Shown piece by piece: positions 16,698 through 26,109 of a DNA stretch of 64,000 bases. The first letter of the stretch is position 1; every line of letters begins with the position of its first letter. Both the position numbers and the translations under genes were made by a program. The notes beneath the pieces were generated by a model. That model searched no databases. It was not told the DNA's origin and saw only the letters and a list, made by a program, of their open reading frames with translations. Source of the stretch: Acidimicrobiia bacterium UBA5794 (GTDB lineage Bacteria; Actinomycetota; Acidimicrobiia; Spongiisociales; UBA5794); assembly GCA_002418265.1 (NCBI GenBank), contig DIDS01000014.1:146503-210502 (forward strand), read 5' to 3'.

Positions 16698-17566
16698 GTG
16701 ACAACTCAAAAGGACTGCTCTTAGCAGGCGTCGGTGGACAGGGTGTCATTCTCGCAAGCATGATCATCGCCGATGCACTCATGCGTGCCGGGTTCGATGT
16801 CAAACAAAGCGAAGTCCACGGCATGGCTCAGCGTGGCGGATCAGTGGTGAGCCACATCCGTTGGGGCAAAGAAGTGGCAAGTCCCCTTGTGGAGAAGGGC
16901 TCTGCCGAGGTACTCGCAGCCTTCGAGTGGGCTGAGGCGATCCGCTGGGTCGATTACGTGCGCAACGAAGGAGCCGTCGTCACCGACATCAAGACCATCG
17001 TTCCCCCCGGTGCATGCAACGACACCCACGCATGGTCGACTGCCTATCCGCGATTCGAGATCGACCTGTTCCGAAGCAGGCTCATCGAAACGCGGTTCGT
17101 TGACGCCACAGCAAACGCAGTACAGCTCGGGAACGTCCGGGCCGCCAACAGCGTGATTCTCGGGTCGGTCGCCGCGTTCGTTGGTATCGATCTCATCCAT
17201 TGGGAGGAGGCGATCGCAAGTCTCGTCCCGAAGGGAACCGAAGAGATCAACCTCGCCGCGTTCCACGCCGGAATGAATGCACCTATGGCGCAAATTCCGG
17301 CGCCTCCAGCGGAACCAGCGGAGTACCTGGGACCGCATCTGATCGATATCCAGCAGGATTGGTGCAAGAGCTGCGACATCTGTCCCAGGGTCTGCCCCGA
17401 GCACTGCCTCAAACTCGACACGGACGGGACCCTGCTCGTGATCAATGCCGATGCCTGCACCGGTTGCCGACTCTGCGAGATGCTCTGCCCCGACTTTGCC
17501 ATAACGATCCGACCACCCGCAGCCGCGGAACACCACGAACCAGCCATTTCGGGGAGGAAGATGTGA
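16694..17566 (+). CDS. iorB: IorB-type (gamma-like) subunit fused to a 2x[4Fe-4S] ferredoxin (delta-like) domain
   Basis: The N-terminus reads GVGGQGVILAS...HGMAQRGGSVVSH. The C-terminus has CKSCDICPRVCP and CTGCRLCEMLCP. ATG 16694 overlaps the iorA stop. Confidence 0.8.
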   Translation: MSDNSKGLLLAGVGGQGVILASMIIADALMRAGFDVKQSEVHGMAQRGGSVVSHIRWGKEVASPLVEKGSAEVLAAFEWAEAIRWVDYVRNEGAVVTDIKTIVPPGACNDTHAWSTAYPRFEIDLFRSRLIETRFVDATANAVQLGNVRAANSVILGSVAAFVGIDLIHWEEAIASLVPKGTEEINLAAFHAGMNAPMAQIPAPPAEPAEYLGPHLIDIQQDWCKSCDICPRVCPEHCLKLDTDGTLLVINADACTGCRLCEMLCPDFAITIRPPAAAEHHEPAISGRKM

Positions 17567-18717
17567 CAATCCAAATCACGATGCCCGGGGAGAAACTCAT
17601 CCAGGGAAATGAGGCGTGCGTCATGGGCGCCATTGCTTCGGGGTGCAACTTCTACGGCGGCTATCCGATTACACCGTCAAGCGAGATCGCCGAGCACATG
17701 GTGCGGCGGATGCCCAAGGTCGGTGGCGTATCAATCCAGATGGAAGACGAGATCTCAGCGCTTGCGTCAATCATCGGGGCATCCCTCGCCGGATCCAAGG
17801 CGATGACGGCAACGTCGGGTCCGGGGTTCTCGCTCATGCAGGAGCATATTGGATTCGCCGCCATGGCCGAAGTGCCCTGTGTGATCGTCAACGTCATGCG
17901 CGGAGGTCCGAGCACCGGAATGCCGACCTCACCATCGCAGGGCGACGTGATGCAGGCGCGCTGGGGAACCCACGGAGATCACCCTGCGATTGTGCTTGCA
18001 CCGGCTTCCGTCGGCGAGGTTTTCGACCTCACCGTGAAGGCCTTCAACCTGGCAGAACGGTTCCGTACACCCGTCATCCTGCTCTATGACGAGATCATCG
18101 GTCATACTCGTGAAAGTGTCTCACTACCCGAATCCGTCACGGTCATTGACAGGGTGACACCCGATGACGCCCTCGAGGAATTCTGGCCCAAGGAGGCAGA
18201 TCCCGACGGAGTCCCCGCCATGTCCCCGTTCGGAGATGGCCGCCGTTTCCATGTGACCGGTCTCGCCCACGACCACCGGGGATTCCCAACCAACGACACG
18301 GCTGTCGCCGAGGCACTGATCAACAGGCTCCACCGCAAGATTGACGCCCACCTTGATGAGGTCATCGAGGTCGAGGAGTATCTGCTGGACGACGCTGACG
18401 TTGCGATCTTTGCATACGGCATCGTCGGGCGGTCAGCCAAGCTCGCTGTCGAACGTGCCCGCCTGAACGGCATCAAGGCCGGCCTCATCAGGCCGCTGAC
18501 CCTGTGGCCGTTCCCGACGGCGCAGGTCGCTGAGGTTGCCCGCAAGGTCGACACGATCGTCGTTGCAGAAATGAATCTCGGACAACTCGTCGGTGAGGTC
18601 GAGCGCGCCGCAAAGGGACAAGCAGAGGTGGTTTCACATCTGCGCACGGGAGGCGAGCCGGTGACACCAACCGCACTTGAAGAGGTGCTTGCCAAGATCG
18701 ATGGAGGAAACGCATGA
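17563..18717 (+). CDS. korA: 2-oxoacid:ferredoxin oxidoreductase alpha subunit (KorA/OorA type)
   Basis: It has the GNEACVMGAIASGCNFYGGYPITPSSEI motif. GTG 17563 overlaps the upstream stop. An alternative ATG lies at 17581. Confidence 0.85.
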   Translation: MTIQITMPGEKLIQGNEACVMGAIASGCNFYGGYPITPSSEIAEHMVRRMPKVGGVSIQMEDEISALASIIGASLAGSKAMTATSGPGFSLMQEHIGFAAMAEVPCVIVNVMRGGPSTGMPTSPSQGDVMQARWGTHGDHPAIVLAPASVGEVFDLTVKAFNLAERFRTPVILLYDEIIGHTRESVSLPESVTVIDRVTPDDALEEFWPKEADPDGVPAMSPFGDGRRFHVTGLAHDHRGFPTNDTAVAEALINRLHRKIDAHLDEVIEVEEYLLDDADVAIFAYGIVGRSAKLAVERARLNGIKAGLIRPLTLWPFPTAQVAEVARKVDTIVVAEMNLGQLVGEVERAAKGQAEVVSHLRTGGEPVTPTALEEVLAKIDGGNA

Positions 18718-19598
18718 CCGATGTCAAGATCGACATCCAGCCAGATATGACGACAGAGGTCACAGCAACCGAAAGAGCAGACGTCAGGTCGTATCTGCGT
18801 CAATGGGCAATGCCTCACGTGCTGTGCCCCGGATGCGCCCACGGCATCGTCTTGCGATCCTTTCTTGAAGCCGTCGATCAGCTCCAACTCGATCAGGACA
18901 AGATCGCGATGGTTGCCGGTATCGGCTGTAGCTCGCGACTCGCGGGATACGTCGACTTCTGCACCCTTCACGGAACCCATGGAAGAGCGCCAGCGTTCGC
19001 TACGGGTCTCAAACTCGCTCGGCCTGACCTCAACGTTGTCGTGGTGACAGGCGATGGCGATGGTCTCGCAATCGGTGGGAACCATCTCATCCATGCGGCA
19101 CGGCGCAACATCGACATGACGGTTCTGCTCCTCAACAATTCGATCTACGGAATGACCGGTGGTCAGGCAGCTCCCACAACGCCGGAAGGCGCCATTGCAT
19201 CGACAGCACCCCAAGGTCACATCGAGCCGGGATTTGACGCCTGCAAGTTGCTCATGGGGGCCGGGGCCAGCTACGTTGCCCGTGTGTTTGCCGCCAACCC
19301 GATCGAAATGACCAAAGTCATGATGGATGGACTCTCACATCCGGGATTCGCATTCATCGAATTGGTCAGTGACTGCCCCGAATATTTCGGGAGGTACAAC
19401 AAGATCGGTGGCGGACCCGAGATGCTCAACTGGATCGCTGTGCGCGATGAGGGTATTGCAGGGCCACTGTCCGAGAAGCGCTTCGTTGAGCATATTCCGG
19501 TCAAGCCTCCGGCCATCGGCGTCAAGTCCGGTGTCCTCCAGCGAGAGATCAGGCCGGTCTACGCAGGTGTCCGTGCAGCAGAGGGCCAGCACACATGA
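18714..19598 (+). CDS. korB: 2-oxoacid:ferredoxin oxidoreductase beta (TPP-binding) subunit
   Basis: It has CPGCAHG, GIGCS and GDGD..AIGGNH TPP motifs. ATGA overlap with korA. Confidence 0.9.
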   Translation: MTDVKIDIQPDMTTEVTATERADVRSYLRQWAMPHVLCPGCAHGIVLRSFLEAVDQLQLDQDKIAMVAGIGCSSRLAGYVDFCTLHGTHGRAPAFATGLKLARPDLNVVVVTGDGDGLAIGGNHLIHAARRNIDMTVLLLNNSIYGMTGGQAAPTTPEGAIASTAPQGHIEPGFDACKLLMGAGASYVARVFAANPIEMTKVMMDGLSHPGFAFIELVSDCPEYFGRYNKIGGGPEMLNWIAVRDEGIAGPLSEKRFVEHIPVKPPAIGVKSGVLQREIRPVYAGVRAAEGQHT

Positions 19599-20134
19599 CA
19601 CGGCGTGAGATCCGTATCGCAGGTGCCGGTGGGCAAGGCGTTGTCACCGCTGGTCGGATCCTTGCTGAGGCTGCGATCCTGTCGGGGAAGAAGGCAACCC
19701 ACAGCCAGCTCTACGGTCCACAGGCTCGAGGAGGATCGAGTCGCTCCGATGTCATCATCGCCCCCGACACGGTCGGATTTCCCCTCGCAGACAACATCGA
19801 TACGCTCTTGGCCCTGTCACAGAAGGCATTCGACAAGTATGTACCCGAGCTTGCCGTGGGAAGCCTGCTCATCGTTGATACACAATGCAAATCGGACACG
19901 CCCCCCGAAGGTGCGCTCTATTTCCCCATCGTCGACACGGCACGACTCGCCACCGGAGGCGAGCTTGCCACCGGCTTGGTTGCACTCGCCGTGCTCCAGG
20001 CACACACCGGTCTCATAGACGCAGACGCGCTCAGGAAGGCGGTTTCGGGCCGGATTCCCCAACAGCATCTCAAGTCGAGCCTTGAGGCCTTGGAAGCAGG
20101 GATGGAGCTTGCCCCCCAGGGTGCCTTGACGTGA
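19595..20134 (+). CDS. 2-oxoacid:ferredoxin oxidoreductase gamma subunit
   Basis: It has the IAGAGGQGVVTAGRILA and YGPQARGG motifs. ATGA overlap with korB. Confidence 0.85.
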   Translation: MTRREIRIAGAGGQGVVTAGRILAEAAILSGKKATHSQLYGPQARGGSSRSDVIIAPDTVGFPLADNIDTLLALSQKAFDKYVPELAVGSLLIVDTQCKSDTPPEGALYFPIVDTARLATGGELATGLVALAVLQAHTGLIDADALRKAVSGRIPQQHLKSSLEALEAGMELAPQGALT

Positions 20135-20730
20135 CCAACGTCCCTGATACGAGGGATCGCATTCGGCTTGAGGGTGCGGCACTGTTCTCTCGTAAGGGGT
20201 TCAATGGTACGTCAATGTCGGAACTCGCCGAGGCTGTCGGCATCACGAAATCGAGCCTGTACCACCACTTTCCCTCAAAGCAGGCCCTGTTGTCTGAGAT
20301 CATTGAACGGACGGTGAACCGGGTCACTCCCCTCGTACAAGAGGTCGCAGACATGGACGCTCCGGCTTCTGAACGGCTCCGGAGAGCGACGATCCTCCAT
20401 ACGTTGGGCGCCATCGAGGATCGAGACGCCGTTGCATGCTTCACGGATGAAGGCAGGTACCTCTCCCCCGAATTCATGGCCGACCACGTCAAGAAACGCG
20501 ACGCATACGAGCAGGTATTCCGCGAGCTGTTCGAAGACGGCTATGCGAGCGGAGAGTTCGTCGATCAGGACTTCGGCGTCGCTGTCAAGGCGGTACTCGG
20601 CATGTGCAATTCAGTCATTCGGTGGTATCGACCAGATGGTCCACGCAGTGCCGAGGAAATCGCAGAAGAGTTCGCACGATTCGCCGTTCGTGGGGCCTCG
20701 ATTCCGACACCTGCGAGAGCAACGGTATGA
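20131..20730 (+). CDS. TetR-family transcriptional regulator embedded in the operon
   Basis: It has the HTH segment FSRKGFNGTSMSELAEAVGITKSSLYHHFPSK. The GTG start overlaps the upstream stop (GTGA), and its own stop overlaps the next ATG (ATGA). Confidence 0.9.
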   Translation: MTNVPDTRDRIRLEGAALFSRKGFNGTSMSELAEAVGITKSSLYHHFPSKQALLSEIIERTVNRVTPLVQEVADMDAPASERLRRATILHTLGAIEDRDAVACFTDEGRYLSPEFMADHVKKRDAYEQVFRELFEDGYASGEFVDQDFGVAVKAVLGMCNSVIRWYRPDGPRSAEEIAEEFARFAVRGASIPTPARATV

Positions 20731-21986
20731 GTGGTGCGCTCAACGGCATCACGGTACTTGACCTTTCCCAGGGCGCTGCAGGACCAACGTGTGGGATGTA
20801 TCTCGCCGACCTGGGAGCCGACGTACTCAAGGTCGAGCCACCGGGTGGCGAATGGGGGCGACGGCTGGGCCCACCCTTCGTGGGAGGGGTCGCTGCTGCG
20901 TACCTGGGAATGAATCGCAACAAGCGGAGCATCGTCGTTGACCTCAAGCACGAGGAGGGATCCGAGGTGGTGCTTCGTCTCGCCGAGCAGTGCGATGTGG
21001 CACTTGAGAGCTTTCGTCCCGGAGTGGCTGATCGCCTTGGCATCGGATACGACGCCATGCACGCCCGCAATCCACGGCTCATCTACGCGGCGATTTCAGC
21101 TTTCGGGCAGAGTGGTCCCTGGAGAGATCGTCCCGGTGTCGATGGAGTCGCCCAGGCAATGGGTGGCATCATGAGCGTCACGGGCACTGACGGTGGGCCG
21201 CCGGTGAAGGTTGGTGTCCCCGCAGCCGACATGGCTGGCGGCGTATTTGCGTCCCAGGCAATCCTGGCTGCCCTCTTTGCAAGGGAACGCACCGGTACCG
21301 GCCAGCGTGTTGACGTCTCCCTCCTTGATGCGCTCCTGTCATTCCAGGTCGTCCCGCTTTCGATGTATCTCGCCAGTGGGGTATCACCGAAGCGTCTCGG
21401 AAGCGCAGCGCCTTACGCTGCACCCAATGAGGCTTTTCCCACCAAGGACGGCCACGTGATGGTCGCTGCCTACACGGAAAAGCGTTGGCCAGCTCTGTGC
21501 AAAGTTCTCGGCCATCCCGAGCTTGCCACCGATCCAAGGTTCGACACGAACGACAAACGTGTCCGTGGAAGAAGCGAACTACAGGAGGTCCTCGGTCCCC
21601 TCTTCGCGGAACGAACCACAGCGGAGTGGATCGAACTCCTCGACGACGCTGATGTGCTGTGTGGACCGATCCTCGACTACCAGCACCTCACCAACGAAGA
21701 ACACGTCCGCCTCAGCGAATCGATCACCACGGTCGAACACCCCGCCACAGGCGCGGTTCGCTCCCCAAGGCTTCCTGCCAGATTCTCGGACACGACCGGA
21801 GATTTCCGAATCTCGGCACCACCGATTGCAGGTGAGCATTCTTTGGTGGTTCTGCGCGACTACGGTTTCACCGAAACCGAGATCTCCATCCTGATCGACG
21901 AGGGAGTCGTGGCTGCGTCAGAGGTGGCTGGGACAGATACTGAGTCAGACAATCATCAAGCAGTAGGAGGTTCAAGTGTCCGTTGA
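20727..21986 (+). CDS. family III CoA-transferase (CaiB/BaiF/Frc family)
   Basis: It has the [33 protein letters not shown] start and the ESFRPGV segment. It is 419 aa. Confidence 0.9.
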   Translation: MSGALNGITVLDLSQGAAGPTCGMYLADLGADVLKVEPPGGEWGRRLGPPFVGGVAAAYLGMNRNKRSIVVDLKHEEGSEVVLRLAEQCDVALESFRPGVADRLGIGYDAMHARNPRLIYAAISAFGQSGPWRDRPGVDGVAQAMGGIMSVTGTDGGPPVKVGVPAADMAGGVFASQAILAALFARERTGTGQRVDVSLLDALLSFQVVPLSMYLASGVSPKRLGSAAPYAAPNEAFPTKDGHVMVAAYTEKRWPALCKVLGHPELATDPRFDTNDKRVRGRSELQEVLGPLFAERTTAEWIELLDDADVLCGPILDYQHLTNEEHVRLSESITTVEHPATGAVRSPRLPARFSDTTGDFRISAPPIAGEHSLVVLRDYGFTETEISILIDEGVVAASEVAGTDTESDNHQAVGGSSVR

Positions 21987-22800
21987 CAGCAAAGAGGCCG
22001 AGCAGGCCGAAACCACCGAGGACTTGGTCCTGTACGAACGCAAAGGAGCCGTTGGCGTTCTGACCCTGAACCGACCGCAGGCTCTCAATGCAATGACCGT
22101 CGCGATGCTTGAGACGATCGGTGAACTGCTCGACGAGATCGAGAACGATCCCGATACCCGTGCCCTCGTACTTACCGGTGCGGGGGAAAAGGCGTTCTGT
22201 GTCGGGGCAGATCTCAAGAGTCGCGGCACACAGTTCGAGGCAGGCCTCATCCATGACCCGCTCGGTCTGCTGGTGCGGAGCGTCTTTGGAAGGTTTGAGA
22301 GCCTGCATGTTCCCGTGATCGCAGCCATCCGCGGCTACGCCCTTGGTGGCGGACTTGAGATGGCACTCGCCTGCGACCTCCGGGTGGCAACCGAGGGTGC
22401 ACGTCTCGGGTTTCCCGAGGCCAAGGTCGGGAGCCTTCCTGGTGCCGGTGGGACGCAGCGGGCAACCCGTCTCATCGGTCCTGGCTTTGCAAAGGAATTG
22501 ATGTTCACTGCCGACCACGTCAGCGCAGCCGACGCGTACCGGATGGGTCTTGTGAACCGGGTCGTCCCCGACGACGATCTCATGGAAGAAACGATGAAGC
22601 TCGCCGAACGGATCGCATCGCGGGCTCCGCTCTCCCACGACCGGGTCAAGGAACTCATCAACCGGGCCACCGAAACGGATCTTGAAACCGGTCTTGAGCT
22701 TGAATCAACAAGCCACGCCGTTCTTCGTGCAAGTGAAGATCGTGATGAGGGAATCAAGGCATTCGTCGAAAAGCGGCCACCCGAATTCAAAGGGCGCTAA
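21976..22800 (+). CDS. enoyl-CoA hydratase/isomerase (crotonase) family protein
   Basis: It has [16 protein letters not shown] and [15 protein letters not shown] segments. GTG 21976 follows an AGGAGG RBS at 21965-21970. Confidence 0.9.
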   Translation: MSVDSKEAEQAETTEDLVLYERKGAVGVLTLNRPQALNAMTVAMLETIGELLDEIENDPDTRALVLTGAGEKAFCVGADLKSRGTQFEAGLIHDPLGLLVRSVFGRFESLHVPVIAAIRGYALGGGLEMALACDLRVATEGARLGFPEAKVGSLPGAGGTQRATRLIGPGFAKELMFTADHVSAADAYRMGLVNRVVPDDDLMEETMKLAERIASRAPLSHDRVKELINRATETDLETGLELESTSHAVLRASEDRDEGIKAFVEKRPPEFKGR

Positions 22801-22842
22801 TCCGCTCGAAGAGGACGGGAGCCGCCTCCGAAAGGACCAAAC

Positions 22843-23589
22843 GTGAACGTGAAGGACAGAGTTGCAATTGTCACAGGCTCCGGCCAGGGCATCGGACGTG
22901 GCATTGCTGAAGCACTGGCCGGCGCCGGTGCCAAGGTTGTCGTCAATGACCTCGTAGCGGAGCGGGTTGACGAAACCGTTGCCGATTTCAAAGAAGCCGG
23001 CTACACGGTGATTGGCCATGCGACCAATGTCGCTTCTGCGGAGGGAGCCGAAGGCTTGGTTGCGGCGGCGATCGAGGCCTTCGGGCGGGTCGACATCCTT
23101 GTCAACAACGTCGGCATGGCGAGAGACGGATACCTCGCCAAGATGTCGGAAGAGGACTGGGATACGGTCATCACCGTCAACCTCAAGTCGCAGTTCCTGA
23201 TGTGTCGAGCAGTTGCTCCCCACTTCATGGAGCAGAACTCGGGACGCATCATCAACATATCGTCTCGGGCATGGCTCGGTGGTCCCGGCCAGGCAAACTA
23301 CGCCGCGTCGAAAGGTGCCGTGATCTCCCTGACCCGCACCCTTGCCCTTGAGATGGCACGGTTCGGCGTCACTGCAAACGTGATTGCCCCCGCTCTCGTT
23401 GATACGCCATTGTTCCGTGGCCTCAACGAAGAGGTTCAAGAGCGGCTCATCAAGACGATCCCGGCTCGCAGAATCGGGACACCCGCTGACATCGGCAACG
23501 CCGCGCTGTTCCTCGCAGCAGACGAGTCGTCATATGTGACGGGCCAGACGCTCTATGTCTGTGGCGGCCGTAGCCTCGGAGCTGGATGA
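22843..23589 (+). CDS. short-chain dehydrogenase/reductase (FabG-like 3-oxoacyl/3-hydroxyacyl reductase)
   Basis: It has the TGSGQGIGRGIA cofactor motif, NNVG, and the YAASKGAV catalytic Tyr/Lys. Confidence 0.9.
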   Translation: MNVKDRVAIVTGSGQGIGRGIAEALAGAGAKVVVNDLVAERVDETVADFKEAGYTVIGHATNVASAEGAEGLVAAAIEAFGRVDILVNNVGMARDGYLAKMSEEDWDTVITVNLKSQFLMCRAVAPHFMEQNSGRIINISSRAWLGGPGQANYAASKGAVISLTRTLALEMARFGVTANVIAPALVDTPLFRGLNEEVQERLIKTIPARRIGTPADIGNAALFLAADESSYVTGQTLYVCGGRSLGAG

Positions 23590-23602
23590 TGGGATCAACG
23601 CC

Positions 23603-24874
23603 ATGGGCATGACGCACGCCGAACGTATCTTCGCTCAAGCAGCCGGCGGCGAGTCGGTCAGCGCGGGAGAGTTCGTTGTCGCAGATATCGATCTTGCGAT
23701 GCTTCATGACATCTTTGCTGCCCAGGTCTTCGACATGCTCCAAGAGGTTGAGGGTGACAAGATCTTCGACCGAGCAAAGGTGGCGGTCGTGATCGATCAC
23801 CTCGTTCCTGCACCCTCGGCTGAGGCTGCAGCCCTGCACAAACGAATCAGGGAACACGTTGCGCGGCTCGGAATCGAAACCTTCTATGACGCCGGGGCGG
23901 GCATCTGCCACCAGCTCCTTCCCGAGGGTGGCCATGTGCGCCCGGGAATGCTGATCGTGGGAACGGACTCGCACACGACTACGTATGGAGCACTCGGTGC
24001 CGGTGGAACCGGTATCGGCACATCTGACATGGTTTATGCCCTCTCGACCGGGAGGCTGTGGTTCCGAGTGCCAGAGACGATTCGGTTTGAAATGTTTGGC
24101 GATCTCCAACCCGGGGTCACGTGGAAGGACGTCATCTTGCACCTCGCAGGCCGCTACGGCACGGACGGCGCCCAATACAAGGCGATGGAGTTCGGCGGCC
24201 CTGCGGTCAAGCATGCCGACATGCCTTCGCGACTGACGGTGGCGAACATGGCCGTCGAGATGGGAGCAAAGTTTGGCCTGTTCGCAGCAGACGAGGTCAC
24301 AGACGAATACCTCATCGCGCAAACCGGTGAAGGAACCGACCGGTATGGCCCAGATCCTGACGCCACATACGAGGCGGTCCACGAGATCACCTTGACCGAT
24401 CTCGATCCTCAGGTCGCACGGCCCCATGAGGTTGACAACGTCGGTTCCGTGACCGAAGTTGAAGGCATCACGATCGACCAGGCATTCATCGGATCGTGCA
24501 CGAATGGGCGTATTGAGGATCTCCGTGCCGCTGCTGCCGTGCTTGACGGTAAGCACATTGCTTCAGGGGTCAGGCTCATCGTCGCACCCGCATCGCAATC
24601 GGTGATAAAGGAAGCCACCGACAGCGGTGTTCTCGCAACCCTTGTGGATGCAGGTGCCACCGTTCTGGCACCGGGGTGCGGTCCGTGCTTTGGTGGCCAC
24701 GGCGGTCTCCTCGCGCAGGGTGAACGCTGTATTGGGACCCACAATCGGAACTTCACCGGTCGTATGGGCCACGCTGCTGCCGAGATCTACCTTGGCTCAC
24801 CAGCAACGGTCGCTGCATCGGCCATTGCTGGGTCCATCGCCGATCCCCGCACCGTGGAAGTGGCACATGTCTGA
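23603..24874 (+). CDS. aconitase-family dehydratase large subunit (LeuC/HacA type)
   Basis: It has GTDSHTTTYGALGA, IGSCTNGR and CGPCFG cluster-binding segments. The start is trimmed to ATG 23603, after the SDR stop. Confidence 0.9.
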   Translation: MGMTHAERIFAQAAGGESVSAGEFVVADIDLAMLHDIFAAQVFDMLQEVEGDKIFDRAKVAVVIDHLVPAPSAEAAALHKRIREHVARLGIETFYDAGAGICHQLLPEGGHVRPGMLIVGTDSHTTTYGALGAGGTGIGTSDMVYALSTGRLWFRVPETIRFEMFGDLQPGVTWKDVILHLAGRYGTDGAQYKAMEFGGPAVKHADMPSRLTVANMAVEMGAKFGLFAADEVTDEYLIAQTGEGTDRYGPDPDATYEAVHEITLTDLDPQVARPHEVDNVGSVTEVEGITIDQAFIGSCTNGRIEDLRAAAAVLDGKHIASGVRLIVAPASQSVIKEATDSGVLATLVDAGATVLAPGCGPCFGGHGGLLAQGERCIGTHNRNFTGRMGHAAAEIYLGSPATVAASAIAGSIADPRTVEVAHV

Positions 24875-25379
24875 AACCGCTTTGGAACACGACCACATGA
24901 CGGGGCGCGTCTGGAAATTTGACAGCGACATCAGCACAGACGTGCTGTCACCTGGCCAGTATGCCGTCGATCCGGTGGAAGTTCGGAAGCTCCACGTGCT
25001 CGAATCGGTCAACCCCGAGTTTGCACCGAACGTCCAACCCGGCGACATCGTCGTGGCAGGATCAAACTTCGGATGCGGATCGAGCAGAGAGACGGCCGCC
25101 GAAAACCTCAGAGCGCTCGGCGTCGCCTGCGTCGTTGCCGAGTCATTCGCTCGGATCTTCATGCGGAACGCGGTTGCCGTCGGCCTTCCGGTCATCGTAT
25201 GCAAAGGAGTCCACGACTCGTTCTCCGACGGTGATACGGCCAAGGTGGTCCTCTCGGAGGGAAGCGTAACCAACATCGACACCGGGACTTCTCTCGTTGG
25301 AGACTCCCTACCGGCGGAGATGCGGGACATCCTTGCCGCGGGAGGGATTCTCAACGTGCTCCAATCACAGTCGGAGTGA
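24867..25379 (+). CDS. aconitase-family dehydratase small subunit (LeuD/HacB type)
   Basis: It has the GSNFGCGSSRETAAENL motif and is 170 aa. ATG 24867 overlaps the large-subunit gene by 8 nt. Confidence 0.9.
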   Translation: MSETALEHDHMTGRVWKFDSDISTDVLSPGQYAVDPVEVRKLHVLESVNPEFAPNVQPGDIVVAGSNFGCGSSRETAAENLRALGVACVVAESFARIFMRNAVAVGLPVIVCKGVHDSFSDGDTAKVVLSEGSVTNIDTGTSLVGDSLPAEMRDILAAGGILNVLQSQSE

Positions 25380-25417
25380 CAAATCACGTCGTCTAGGCTT
25401 GAGATCCATCACATACC

Positions 25418-26098
25418 GTGAGGCGACTCATGAACCGAACCACAACCATCGACAGCACCGTTGCTGATCCGCTCGCCCAGATGCTTGAGGTGCTCGGCAG
25501 AACCGGTGACGCGATGGTGGCAATGGACGGTTCAATGGAGATCATTGCTTGGAACGATGCTGCGACTGAACTGCTCGGCTATAGCGCAGAGGAGGTGCTT
25601 GGACGGCCATGTTCCGAGGTGTTGTGCTGGCGAGACCGATGTGGGGATTCGGTGTGTGGCCCGACGTGTCCAGCGTCAGAACTCGGCGATCCAGACGAGA
25701 TCATGGGGCCGCGGGAGGTCCTCGGTCGGTCCTCGAAGAACCAAACGCTTTGGCTGAGTGCATCAACGATCATCCCACCGGTCGAGATGCGTGAGGAATG
25801 TCGCATTGTGCACCTGATCCGTGAGATTGCTCTTCCGCCTGAGCTTGAGCGGCTCATCGTTGAACGCCTCGACGGATGGAGCGTCGGTACCGAGGTCCGC
25901 GACGATCGACTTGATGTGCTCACCCCACGCGAACGTGAGGTGCTTCAGCTCCTGACGGAGGGGCTCGACGGGACTGCCATTGCCGAGAAACTCTACGTGT
26001 CACCAGCGACGGTTCGTAACCACATCCAACACATTCTCACCAAGCTCAATGTCCATAGCCGAGTCGAGGCCGTCGCCTTCGCGCTTCGTCGTAACTGA
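25418..26098 (+). CDS. PAS-domain / LuxR-type HTH one-component regulator with a Cys-rich PAS insert
   Basis: The C-terminus reads LTPREREVLQLLTEGLDGTAIAEKLYVSPATVRNHIQHILTKL. The N-terminal PAS segment has AWNDAATELLGYSAEEVLG followed by 5 Cys. An alternative ATG lies at 25430. Confidence 0.85.
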   Translation: MRRLMNRTTTIDSTVADPLAQMLEVLGRTGDAMVAMDGSMEIIAWNDAATELLGYSAEEVLGRPCSEVLCWRDRCGDSVCGPTCPASELGDPDEIMGPREVLGRSSKNQTLWLSASTIIPPVEMREECRIVHLIREIALPPELERLIVERLDGWSVGTEVRDDRLDVLTPREREVLQLLTEGLDGTAIAEKLYVSPATVRNHIQHILTKLNVHSRVEAVAFALRRN

Positions 26099-26109
26099 CA
26101 CACCGACCT

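Noticed and set aside
6667-25379. Interpretation of the Mo-hydroxylase, PrpF-like and LeuCD-like genes as a nicotinate-fermentation-type cluster (Eubacterium barkeri style: Ndh, Mii, DmdAB).
   Set aside because: The hallmark genes are absent from the window: B12-dependent 2-methyleneglutarate mutase, enamidase, 6-hydroxynicotinate reductase and dimethylmalate lyase. In addition, the Mo enzyme carries the 4-HBCR-type Fe-S insert and is co-operonic with had/oah/dch.
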